DNA of 63,746 nucleotides, filler included, from Octopus bimaculoides (taxonomy: Eukaryota): the NCBI RefSeq assembly GCF_001194135.2. It is 6 parts of 5 records of this genome, joined end to end, with 100 filler letters (N's around TTAATTAATTAA, not from the genome) between each part and the next. Parts side by side here need not be neighbours in the genome. Positions count along the whole stretch, not along the records: positions 6,996 to 33,410 come from NC_068985.1; positions 33,511 to 55,371 come from NC_069002.1; 4 more parts are not named here. One strand, given 5' to 3'. Below the pieces are notes generated by a model. It was not told the DNA's origin. It ran no database searches and saw nothing but the letters and a program-made list of their open reading frames with translations. A program made the translations under genes and the position numbers. Of this stretch, positions 23,451-34,740 are shown one piece after another; within the stretch, counting starts at the first letter, position 1; every line of letters begins with the position of its first letter.

Positions 23451-24300
23451 TTTCGGATGTCGGGGCGGAAATCTGCTCCGGCATCTCGTCAGTTATTAAG
23501 ACAAACAAAACTGCTATGTAAATGACCGTTAAACAAAGGAAAATTACTATGTAAATGACTGCTATTACGACCAATAAAACAGCTATGAGAATGACCGTTA
23601 AATAAAGGGAAAAACCCGAAGCGGAGAAAGTAAAACACGCTTATAGAATTCGCGTATGCGCGCATGTACATACATACACATGCGTGCACGCACACCCACG
23701 TACATGTGCTTATATGCATATGCACACTCACACTCGCGTGAAACACATATATGCACACCCACACACACACACACACACCTATATGTATACATATATATGC
23801 AACCATACACATGTAGATACCCATACACATGTAGATACCCATACACATGCACACACACACACTATATATATAACCCATACGCGCACAAATATTTTCATAT
23901 ACACGTCTATATACGCACATGCACAAAAAGTGCAGGTGAAAGGTAATATAGAAAAAAATATGTAAGAATATATAAAGCAATAAAAATATATTAAAACATA
24001 TAAAAATATGTAAAAAAATAGAGAGAGATAAAATGTTTGTACGTGGACACAATATAAAAAGCAGGTTCTATCTGTGATCTTGCGGGGACCAAAAACATAA
24101 CAAATGTTTAGCTATATGTGGACATGATCTAAAAAGTTCAGGTTTTGAATTTAGACATGTAGCAGGGTCTGAGCTGCTTTTCCAGATGAACCATCTTTTC
24201 AGATCACAAAGACCGCACATTCCACTGCCGTTGGTGTAATGCTTACACTTGGCTAAGATCTTCCAATGGATGTTGTAATTGATACCTTTATCCAAATTAT
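23451..24300 (-). mobile_element. PLE 3' end (GIY-YIG C-terminus plus microsatellite-rich 3' UTR), left arm of an inverted pair
   Basis: ORF 24068-24295 KGINYNIHWKILAKCKHYTNGSGMCGLCDLKRWFIW...CLNSKPELFRSCPH is the PLE endonuclease tail. Reverse complement of the right arm. Confidence 0.85.
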
Positions 24301-24341
24301 GAAAATTTTCGGTCTTAGCATAACTACAGATACCAACCTGA

Positions 24342-24764
24342 TAGCCAAGTGTAAGCCTTACACCGACGGCAGTGGAAAGTGCGGTCTTTGTGATATGAAA
24401 AGATGGCTCATCTGGAAAAGCAGCTTAGACCCCACCTCACTACATGTCTAAATTCAAGAACTGAACTTTTTGGATAATGTTCACATATGGCTAAACATTT
24501 GTTACGCTTTTGGTTCCCCCTCCCGCCTATATTGTGTCCACGTACAAGCATTTTATCTCTATATATTTTTTAAAGATTATTTTTTACATATTTTTTTACA
24601 TATTTTTATATATACTTTTATATATTTTTATTGCTTTATATATTTTTACATATTTTTTCTGTATATTACTGTTCACCCTGCATTTTTCTTGTGCATGTGC
24701 GTATATAGACGTGTATATGGACATATTTGTGTGCGTATGGGTTATATATATATATATATATATA

Positions 24765-24822
<58 letters not shown>

Positions 24823-25851
24823 GCGGGTATGTATATATGTACATCTATATGGTTGCATATTTATGTAGGTGTACATGAATGGGATCTTTTTGGTTTGACG
24901 GGCAACACTTGTTTTCTTAACGAAACACTTTCAAACTTGGGATACTGGTAGAATATGTCATATAAAACATCTTTTTCTATTAGCCTTCTTAACAAAAATT
25001 AGTTCTTAATAAGTTATTTCATGTTAAAGTTGTCGTATTTGTGTAATTTCAACCAATCACTGACGTCTATTGAGGTGAAAACAATTACTGCCATAACGGT
25101 GTTATGGGATCTTTTTCCTTGAATAAAATTAGTGCCGTTGTTTGTCAACAACAACTATCGGCGGTAGTTATTTATAACATTGTTCGTGCGTTTGGGTTAG
25201 GGTTCGGGTTTTAGAGTTAGGGTTAGGGTTTTAGGGTTAGAGTTGGGGTTAGGGTTAGGGTTATGGTTGTGAGTTATAGGGTTTTAGGGTTAGGGTTATG
25301 AGTGAGGTTGTTTACATTCTACGGCAGTAATTGTTTTCACCTCAATAGACGTCAGTGATTGGTTGAAATTACCGAAATACAACTTTTTACATGAAATAAC
25401 TTCGAACACAAAATTTTTTATCTGTTCTATAAAACAAAATATACAAGTATACGAAGTTTGAAAGTGTTTCGGTACCAAAAACACTACATAAAACATAAAT
25501 GAAAAATGTTGCCCGTCAAACCAAAAAGATCCCATGTGTATGGCTCCATATATATGTGCACATATAGGCGTGTGTGTGGATGTGCATGTATGTGTTTCAT
25601 GCGAGTGTGAGTGAGCATATGCATATAGGCACATGTACGTGGGTGTGCGTGCGCGCTGTGTATGGGTGTACATGCTCGCATACGCGAATTCTATGAGCGT
25701 TTTTACTTTTTTACTTTCTTCCCTTCGGGTTTTTCCCTTTATTTAACGTTCATTCCTGTAACTGTTTTATTTGTCTTAATAACAGTCGCATTTTTGATTG
25801 TCTTAATAACTGGCGAGATGCCGGAGCAGATTTCCTCCCCGACATCCGAAA
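24342..25851 (+). mobile_element. PLE 3' end, right arm of the inverted pair, interrupted by a TIR element
   Basis: IAKCKPYTDGSGKCGLCDMKRWLIWKSS; the 3' UTR mirrors 23451-24262 and ends ...cgagatgccggagcagatttcctccccgacatccgaaa. Confidence 0.85.
24881..25533. mobile_element. Non-autonomous TIR element (MITE-like) with nested inverted repeats and an internal TTAGGG tract
   Basis: 27-bp perfect TIR gggatctttttggtttgacgggcaaca flanked by AT on both sides; inner 50-bp perfect IR at 25043-25092 and 25323-25372; degenerate (TTAGGG)n at about 25193-25298. Confidence 0.85.
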
Positions 25852-26004
25852 GGTCGATGTATATATTCATTCAATCCATATTAACGAAGTTCTCCATGGT
25901 ATACAAAGTGCATTCATCCATATGATATATAAAAATTTCTAAGAATTTATAAATACATACATTTACACGAAAATTTATAAATATATAAAAATTCATACAC
26001 ATAC

Positions 26005-26078
26005 GGCGCAGGAGTGGCTTTGTCCCCCCAACATCACTTGACAACCGATGCTGATGTGTTTACGCCCCCGTAACTTAG
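26005..26078 (+). mobile_element. SINE family A with a large internal deletion
   Basis: ggcgcaggagtggct joined directly to ttgtccccccaacatcacttgacaaccg; runs into a gap. Confidence 0.75.
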
Positions 26079-26403
26079 NNNNNNNNNNNNNNNNNNNNNN
26101 NNNNNNNNNNNNNNNNNNNNNNNNNNNNNNNNNNNNNNNNNNNNNNNNNNNNNNNNNNNNNNNNNNNNNNNNNNNNNNNNNNNNNNNNNNNNNNNNNNNN
26201 NNNNNNNNNNNNNNNNNNNNNNNNNNNNNNNNNNNNNNNNNNNNNNNNNNNNNNNNNNNNNNNNNNNNNNNNNNNNNNNNNNNNNNNNNNNNNNNNNNNN
26301 NNNNNNNNNNNNNNNNNNNNNNNNNNNNNNNNNNNNNNNNNNNNNNNNNNNNNNNNNNNNNNNNNNNNNNNNNNNNNNNNNNNNNNNNNNNNNNNNNNNN
26401 NNN

Positions 26404-26466
<63 letters not shown>

Positions 26467-27015
26467 GAGAGAGAGAGACAGAGAGCTCTCTTAGCCCTGC
26501 CTAACTGAGATTCGATACTGAATCTACACACTTGTTGCTTGTCAGACAACTGTCTGATTTACTTTGTGTTTTACCTCCACACTAGGAGATTAATGAGAAA
26601 CACCTGATCTTCAGAAACCTCTGCTGGTCACGGAAGGGTCAGTTCTTTGTTTTAGGCTTGACCTGCTTCCTGGTCATACCCTATATAACTGAAATCATCT
26701 CTCTGTCTATCTCTTTGGTTGGCAGACCTCCAGCCAGGAACAATTAGCTGCCCGCATGGCATAACATTGACTGGATGGGAAGGGACATAATCCTTGCCTT
26801 TTCTTTCCTCTCTGTCAGCAGAACACAGTTTCCACACTATCACTACTTGCGAGTAACCAACACACCATTACCATTGTCAATTACTACTGTGAATATCTTA
26901 CTAACCAACAAATAAATTGGTGAATATTATTCCTTTTCCCTTTGATAGTGTTCTTTGCTTGAACAGTCATCATCACACCATTACATATATATTCATACAT
27001 ACACACAAACACAAG

Positions 27016-27390
27016 CTTGTTACCAGTTCAAATATGCTTGAGGCATATTCGAACCCATAAGAAATCCATTCACTGTGTTTTGTCATGGAGAAAATTTCTT
27101 GCTGATGAAAAATAGGTGCAAATACAATATTACTGAATCAGCTCACAATGCCATCTGATCAGACAGCTTGATGCATGCATTTAGGAGTAGTAATCTCCTC
27201 TTCAGCCACGGAAACCAGACAGGGTGGCACTGCGAGCTGACACGAGTGACCACATCTCTGTTATGATATCCACATCATTGTTCAATGACTTGTAGCTCTG
27301 CTCGGCTCAGCATAAATAAAATACAGGGTGACAGAACTAAGACAGAACTACATACTTGTTAGCAGTTCAAATATGCTTGAGGCATATTTG

Positions 27391-27393
<3 letters not shown>
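27016..27393. repeat. 39-bp direct repeats, each containing a 12-bp hairpin, flanking a 300-bp segment
   Basis: cttgtta(c/g)cagttcaaatatgcttgaggcatatt(c/t)gaac at 27016-27054 and 27355-27393 (37/39 identical). Confidence 0.85.
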
Positions 27394-27439
<46 letters not shown>

Positions 27440-27559
27440 TATATTTACGGAAGAGTCCAGTGAAATCCATATGTATATCCAGTAGTAATTCGGGTGGAAT
27501 GCTGGTGTGTGTATGAGGAGAGGTGCAGAAAGTTCAGGTAGTAGTAAGTCTGAAGTGTA

Positions 27560-29560
27560 GGAGGTCAAAGCAGCTGCCAACGTGTTCTGGACCGGTTTAA
27601 CTTTTGTAGGCGTCCCCGACATCTGAATATCTCCCCAGCCGAACTCTAGGCCCTTCGATTTCTCCAACGCTGCAAAGACATTATCANNNNNNNNNNNNNN
27701 NNNNNNNNNNNNNNNNNNNNNNNNNNNNNNNNNNNNNNNNNNNNNNNNNNNNNNNNNNNNNNNNNNNNNNNNNNNNNNNNNNNNNNNNNNNNNNNNNNNN
27801 NNNNNNNNNNNNNNNNNNNNNNNNNNNNNNNNNNNNNNNNNNNNNNNNNNNNNNNNNNNNNNNNNNNNNNNNNNNNNNNNNNNNNNNNNNNNNNNNNNNN
27901 NNNNNNNNNNNNNNNNNNNNNNNNNNNNNNNNNNNNNNNNNNNNNNNNNNNNNNNNNNNNNNNNNNNNNNNNNNNNNNNNNNNNNNNNNNNNNNNNNNNN
28001 NNNNNNNNNNNNNNNNNNNNNNNNNNNNNNNNNNNNNNNNNNNNNNNNNNNNNNNNACTGATCCCGAAATACCTCGACCGTGTTCTTACCCCCCAAGTGA
28101 CTTCCCTCCTCTCCCACATCCACGACACTAACCATGCTCTCTGTCTTTTCAACTCTTTCTTCTCTCCTAACCCCTCTAAACTTCTCTTCACTCTTGATAT
28201 CAAGAGTCTATATACGGTGATCCCACACAACGGAAGACTTCTTGCCCTCAAATACTTCCTAGACCTTCGACCTAACCCCCAACCTGACACGTCCACACTT
28301 CTTCGTCTGGCTGAACTTGTTCTCTCCCTCAACTGCTTTTCGTTCGCGGGGGAGTTTTACCAACAGTTCTCGGGAGTGGCCATGGGAACGAAAATGGGCC
28401 CCAACTATGTGAACCTGTTTGTTGGCTACGTTGAGGCCCAAATATTTTCAAGATTCACTGGTCCCACTCCCGAACTATATGGGTGTTATATTGATGACTG
28501 TATCAGTGCGACCTCGCTCTCCCACGAACAACTAGACTCATTCCTCTCTTTTGTCCAATCCTTCCGTCCTGCCCTCAAATTCTCCTGCATCATTTCCAAC
28601 ACTTCCGTCGCCTTTTTCGACATTTTGGTCAATATACACAACTCCGCTTTTACTACCTCCATCCACTACAAACATACCGATTCACTCATACCTCAACTTC
28701 TCCTCCCACCCTACCCACACCAAGTTCTCCATCCCCTACCCCCAATTCCTCCGTCTGTGCTGGCTCTGCAGTGACAACCATGACTTTGAGACTCAGTCTC
28801 AATTCATGGCTCACCACTTCATCCTTCGTAGATATCACCTCACCACTATCCATACCACCCTTGCCAGAGCACATTCCATGGACCGTGCCTCTGCTCTCTC
28901 TCCTCGTACCCGCTCCGCCGTTGCCCTCTGCCGTTTCCCTTCACCTACCACCCCTCCACCCTGCCCCTCCGATGCACCATTTTCTGAGCCTTCCAACAAC
29001 TCCAGTCCGACCATTCCACTTTGCATATCTTCCCTAACCTANNNNNNNNNNNNNNNNNNNNNNNNNNNNNNNNNNNNNNNNNNNNNNNNNNNNNNNNNNN
29101 NNNNNNNNNNNNNNNNNNNNNNNNNNNNNNNNNNNNNNNNNNNNNNNNNNNNNNNNNNNNNNNNNNNNNNNNNNNNNNNNNNNNNNNNNNNNNNNNNNNN
29201 NNNNNNNNNNNNNNNNNNNNNNNNNNNNNNNNNNNNNNNNNNNNNNNNNNNNNNNNNNNNNNNNNNNNNNNNNNNNNNNNNNNNNNNNNNNNNNNNNNNN
29301 NNNNNNNNNNNNNNNNNNNNNNNNNNNNNNNNNNNNNNNNNNNNNNNNNNNNNNNNNNNNNNNNNNNNNNNNNNNNNNNNNNNCATTAGACTCGGCAATG
29401 GCACCCCGATCTGGTGCCATTTCTGTTCTACCGGTCATTCATTACAACACCTGTCTGTGTTCGGATTGTCCTTGCACAGGAGCCATCCGGACTCCCGCCT
29501 TCACCGTGAACAAGAATTAATCTTCTCTCTTCACTCCTTTGCGGCACATGGGCTCAACTC
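27560..29560 (+). mobile_element. Penelope-like element (RT plus GIY-YIG tail), gapped and frameshifted
   Basis: RHLNISPAEL.ALRFLQ.CKDII, LFTLDIKSLYTVIPH, GVAMGTKMGPNYVNLFVG, YIDD at 28487-28498, IHYKHTDS, and C-terminal HFCSTGHS...REQELIFSLHSFAAHGLN. Confidence 0.92.
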
Positions 29561-30039
29561 CTCTCCCCTTCATCTGACTCCCCACCTCTCTCCTCTCTCA
29601 TCTCTTCCTCTCACACCTACTTCCTCTCTTCACTCCCACCCACCTCTCCTCTCCTCTCTTGCCTCTCCTCACTCCTACCCACCTTCTCCCTTCCACCCTC
29701 TCCCTTCATTGTTTCCCCCTCCATCCACACCCCACCCATGTCTGGTTATTGCGAATGCATTGTGGGATGTAGTTATGTAAGAGAGTTCTGACTGCCATAT
29801 TTTCCTAATATTCCTAATATGGCGTAATATTCTTGGGTATTCTATCTTTATTCACAGCACCTTTGTACAATATATTTCGATCAATGCCTAGGTATTTTTA
29901 GCATTCATTCATCAAATGCTACGTTTCAGAAGATGTTTAGTGAAAATGTAGCCAAGCTAATGGCAGTGACCTAGTATGAACAGTAAAATTTAGAAGAAAA
30001 AAAATAAGTACCTAAAAAACTTATGTATACCTTCTCTAT

Positions 30040-30237
30040 TTTTGTCTTTTACTTTTTTCATTCATTAGACCGAGGCCATGCTGGGGCACCACCTTGAAGA
30101 ATTTTTAGTCTTTTTTGTTAAGCCTGATACTTACTTATTCTATCGATCTCTTAAAGCACAACAACACCTATTGTCAAGTGGTGATGGGTGGTTGGGGGGA
30201 CACAGACACGAAGACAGCACCCACCCACATACACACA
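30040..30237 (-). mobile_element. SINE family A, 3' half
   Basis: Reverse complement of the family A tail (ggccatgctggggcaccacc...cttattctatcgatctc); cut by the maT remnant. Confidence 0.75.
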
Positions 30238-30239
30238 TA

Positions 30240-30815
30240 CAGGGTACAGTGAATAATCTGTCGTCTAAATAATGTTAAAAATGAAAATAACATTGACATC
30301 TCGTTTTAACAGATATATTTACCAAAATTATATAAAAATATCTTGAAATACTAAAGAGTAAATTTATTCAATAAAAATACCTCCAGATGACTTCAGCGAC
30401 TCTTCTCGACGGTCTCCTGGTTTAATTTGTTGAACGTTGCCATAATCCTTGCCGTCAATTCATCTTGCCTTCAGTTACAAGGAGTTTTGTTGGTCTCTCA
30501 CTCAACTGCGCCCCACACATAATAATCTGGCGAGTTAGGTGACCAGATGTTAGGGGCGATGTGGTCACAGAAATTGTCTACAGCCATGACTGGGTTCTCC
30601 TGCTTGTGTGGCATAGTGCAGAGTCCTGTTGCCAGACATAGGGTCTTCCAGCAGCCACCCTCTTGACCCAGGGCAGCATTATCTGCTCCAGACACTTGAC
30701 GTAGGCCTCCACATTGAGTCTGAGGCCGTGCAGGAAGATGAGTGGAGGCATAGTGTCGCCATCACTAGTGATCACTCCAAAAACCATGATGTTGACTGGT
30801 TGCTTGATATTTATC
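30240..30815 (-). mobile_element. maT (DD37D-type) Tc1/mariner transposase 3' remnant with one TIR
   Basis: IMVFGVITSDG...YVWQQDSALCHTSRRTQSWL...WSPNSPD(deletion)YYVWGAVE. Spacing is DD37D if the deleted CNPLD is restored (inference). The end reads TA|CAGGGTACAGTGAATAATC at 30238-30258. Confidence 0.85.
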
Positions 30816-31401
30816 ACTCTGATTACATGTCCTTAGATTGACACCCAAACACTTTGAAATAATTGTATTGAAGCTTTCGGCANNNNNNNNNNNNNNNNNN
30901 NNNNNNNNNNNNNNNNNNNNNNNNNNNNNNNNNNNNNNNNNNNNNNNNNNNNNNNNNNNNNNNNNNNNNNNNNNNNNNNNNNNNNNNNNNNNNNNNNNNN
31001 NNNNNNNNNNNNNNNNNNNNNNNNNNNNNNNNNNNNNNNNNNNNNNNNNNNNNNNNNNNNNNNNNNNNNNNNNNNNNNNNNNNNNNNNNNNNNNNNNNNN
31101 NNNNNNNNNNNNNNNNNNNNNNNNNNNNNNNNATATATATATATATAACTAGGGTGGCTTTTAAGCTAGCTCCTGTGGAAGGGGCTCTTCGTTGAGTCTT
31201 AGGCCCAACAATGACACTTCATGCATTGAGTACATAGTAGATTTTATTAAATTTGACCAACATTTTTCAAGCAATGAACAATTTTCATCAAAACAATGAT
31301 ATAATTTGTTGACTTGGAACTTATTACAAAGCTGCATGATAAACAACATTTTTTGTTTTGCCATTCAAGGGTCAGTACAATTTTTTTCTGTCAAACCTCT
31401 T

Positions 31402-31470
<69 letters not shown>

Positions 31471-32136
31471 GTTGATTATTTTCAACCATCTCCATTACCA
31501 GTACCAGCACCATCTGCCATACACACACCATTCAGACTTCGAACGCCACCACCATCAATACCTTTGACTTCGCTGCCTTCCCCTTCACCACTATCACCAC
31601 TGTCTTTCACATCGCTTACTATCACCATCATCCCTGACTAACTTGGCTACCACCACCACCATCATCATCACCATCGCCTCCGCCTCTATCACAATTACAG
31701 CTCATATCACCCCATTACCTTCACAACCGTCAATCTACTACCACCCTCACCATCTCTATGTCTATTATTACTTTCACCCCAACATGAGGAATAGTAGAAG
31801 TATCATTGAATAGTGAGAGAGGCGGAGTCAAAGTGTGACACACTGACACAGAAATTCGTTTTGGCATTCGTTATTATAGATTAATGAGAGAGATGGAAGA
31901 TGGAAGATACGAGAATCTTTATTTATCGCTACAATCGTTCAACCCATCTACCATCATGGGTGCGATACTGTACAACTGGTTCAGAATCTCGTATCTTGCA
32001 TCTTCCGTCTCTCTCATTAATTACATACACAATGAACACCAAGCCAGTGAACGTGCTTTACCAGCAAACTACCAGGTGTATACCATATGATCATGTGTAT
32101 ATCCAAAATCTACAGTGTTATATATCCATCGTGGTT

Positions 32137-32221
32137 GATCTTACCAACTGGTTTCGCGCTAGGAATACAACAGACGTTTAGGTAACAATCCAATTATATA
32201 ACCTTACGCTCATCAGAGTTA
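32137..32221 (-). ncRNA. Minimal type I hammerhead ribozyme, core intact
   Basis: aact|CTGATGA|gcgtaagg...cctagcgc|GAAA|cca-gt-tggt|A|agatc. Helix II imperfect 8 bp, helix III acca/tggt, GUA triplet, weak helix I. Confidence 0.7.
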
Positions 32222-32769
32222 ACTGATATGGAAAGGAATATGGCAACTGCTCTCTATTGTCGGGGGTGAATAAACACATCTGGTCTGTGGTTGCTATGGA
32301 AAAGATGGTTAAATGAAAATGAGCAGGGGATTAGGTTAAGAATTATGTCCCTTGGTTGGACTCGTTGTAAAGCCGGTGTTATCTTGAAGTGTTTGTGGGA
32401 AATGTGTGCGTTATCAAGTGTGGTGCTCCTGTGGGGATGAGATATGTATAATTGGTGTCATATGTATGATTTTTTTCCAGGGGTGTCGACATATATAATT
32501 GTGTTCGCTAGTCTGTTTTCTAAGACACCAATACACACATGACATGTCCTATCCCACAGGAGCACCACACTTAAAAACGCACAAATTTCCCACAAATACT
32601 TCAAAATAACTCTTACCGGCTTTACAGCGAATCCAACCAAGGGACATAACTCCTAACCTAATCCCCTGCTCATTTTCATTTCACCATCCTTTTCACAACA
32701 ACCACACAAACTGGATGTGTCCATTTACCTCCGACAATAGAGAGCGATTGCCTCCTTTCCATATCAGCT

Positions 32770-32853
32770 AACACTGACGAGTGTAAGGTTATATAATTGG
32801 ATTGTTACCTAATACCCTGTTGTATTCATAGTGTGAAACCGATTGGTAAGATC
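32770..32853 (+). ncRNA. Hammerhead ribozyme, second (decayed) copy
   Basis: CTGACGA at 32774-32780, GAAA at 32835-32838, accgattggt-A-agatc. Helix II gtgtaagg/catagtgt shows C-to-T decay of gcg. Confidence 0.55.
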
Positions 32854-33527
32854 AGCCGTGATGGATATATAATACTGTACATTTCGGATAATATAGCCAC
32901 TCTAATGACAGATATACGTGTGCATCTTGCACACGTATGGACCCTAAGACAACTCACGTATATGCCAGGTCAATTTGATTCGTCTCTATTAGTCGAAAGA
33001 CACTTGTTGTTATTTTCTTATTGCTTGTATTTGTAATTATGTCACGTTTTCTCCATTTTTTATCATTTTTTTGTCTTTGTTGTCATACACAATCGCTTGC
33101 TTTCTCCCAAAATATTTAATGCTCTTAGCTTAGATGTTTGAAGCCAGCCAGATTTGAACAGTCTCGAGTGTAACAGGCCGAAACTGTAAGGATGATTTGG
33201 AAATTTGACTGACAAGAGAAAACTGCGAATGACCGTCCTTGTTTTTTCCTGCCCGTCTTTGTATCGTCTATCTGTGCGGATGTTTTATCGTCGTCTGTTG
33301 CGTTCTTGTCCCATTTTTCGATCTATATACATATGTGTGAGTCTGTGTGTATATAAATATATATGTATGTATGTTTATATGTATGTATGTATATATATAT
33401 ATATATATATNNNNNNNNNNNNNNNNNNNNNNNNNNNNNNNNNNNNNNNNNNNNTTAATTAATTAANNNNNNNNNNNNNNNNNNNNNNNNNNNNNNNNNN
33501 NNNNNNNNNNTCATACTCTTAATTGCT

Positions 33528-33599
<72 letters not shown>

Positions 33600-33603
<4 letters not shown>

Positions 33604-33720
33604 GCGACCATATCACCTTAAAAACACCTGGTTCTCATCTGATGTCCGAAGTTAAACAATATTGAGCTTAGTTAGTACTTAGATGGGTGACCGTTTGGGA
33701 AACCTAGGTGCTGTAAACTT
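33600..33720 (+). pseudogene. 5S rRNA pseudogene
   Basis: Correctly spaced 5S blocks over 120 nt: CGACCATA, GGTTCTC, CCGAAGTTAA, GTTAGTACTT, GATGGGTGACCG (box C), TGGGAA, GGTGCTGTA..CTT; many helix-breaking substitutions. Confidence 0.85.
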
Positions 33721-33727
33721 CTTTCAA

Positions 33728-34090
33728 GGTGCAGGAGTGGCTGTGTGGTAAGTAGCTTGCTTACCAACTACAAGGTTCCAGGTTCAGTCCCTTTGGGTGG
33801 CACCTTGGGAAAGTGTCTTCTACTACAGCCTCAAGCCGACCAAAGTCTTGTGAGTAGATTTGGTAGATGTATGTGTGTATGTATGCTTCTATGCCTGTGT
33901 TTGTCCCGCCACTGTTGCTTGACAACCAATGTTTGTGTGTTTACATCCCTGTAACTTAGCAGTTTGGCAAAAAGAGGATGATAGAATAAGTACTAGGCTT
34001 ACAAAAAATAAGTCCTGGGTTCAATTTGCTCGACTAAAGGTGGTGCTCCAGCAGGGCCACAGTCAAATGACTGAAACAATTAAAAGAATA
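33728..34090 (+). mobile_element. SINE family A, near full-length
   Basis: ggtgcaggagtggctgtgtggtaag...cagtcaaatgactgaaacaa. Confidence 0.9.
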
Positions 34091-34509
34091 GAAATATATC
34101 CTTAAAGTTATGTGGAATGGTTTTGAGTGGATTCATAAAAAGCTCCTGAGCTATTTATTCCAGCAACTGCTTATTATTCCCGTCTCTCAGAATAATTTCA
34201 TTAGTCTGGTGCCACTATAGTGTTTCATGAACACTATATATTATAACAAGAACTTTTGGATGGAAATTCATAAATTTCTTAATGCATTGCTACATACGTT
34301 TCCACAAACCTCATGTTTTAGTTGTATTCCCTGTCTGTAGGATATTACAAATAAGATTTGCAAAATCCATGAATTTTAAAAGGCATATTAAAATATGTGT
34401 TCATTTCTTCAGGCATGTGTGTGTGTTTGTGTGTGTGTGTGTATGTGTGTGTGTTTGTGTGTGTGTGTGTATGTGTGTGTGTTTGTGTTTACCCTTGTCT
34501 TTATATCAC

Positions 34510-34740
34510 ATGATAGTTGTAAATGAGCATCACCATCATTCAAGCAGTGTTGTTTGTTTTCAGTCTTCCGTGAAAAGCATGTCTGGCCTTGAAGAAATGT
34601 TATCTTGCTTGGGAACTGGTGAGGGTTGGTGGCAGGATGGGCATTTGGCTGTGGAGTATCTGTTTCAATGAATTCCATCCGACCCATGCAAGCAGAGAAA
34701 AATAGACGGTAAAGAAATGATAATAATGAAGATGAGGATG
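34510..34740 (+). mobile_element. SINE family C (RTE-type 3' tail)
   Basis: cacatgatagttgtaaatgag...ccgacccatgcaagcag...agacggtaaa(gatg)n; homologous to 40965-41185 and 45815-46050. Confidence 0.65.

Larger units (their letters stand above)
32100..32885. mobile_element. Head-to-head inverted pair of PLE-type 3' ends (about 360-bp arms), one hammerhead per arm
   Basis: About 32100-32460 is the reverse complement of about 32523-32885 with scattered substitutions; both arms contain HHR cores. Confidence 0.8.

Noticed and set aside
25193-25298. True telomere or chromosome fusion site
   Set aside because: Short, degenerate and enclosed in a TIR element.
31240-31380. Possible mariner 3' terminal remnant
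   Set aside because: Only a vague resemblance; no TIR partner or translatable motif.
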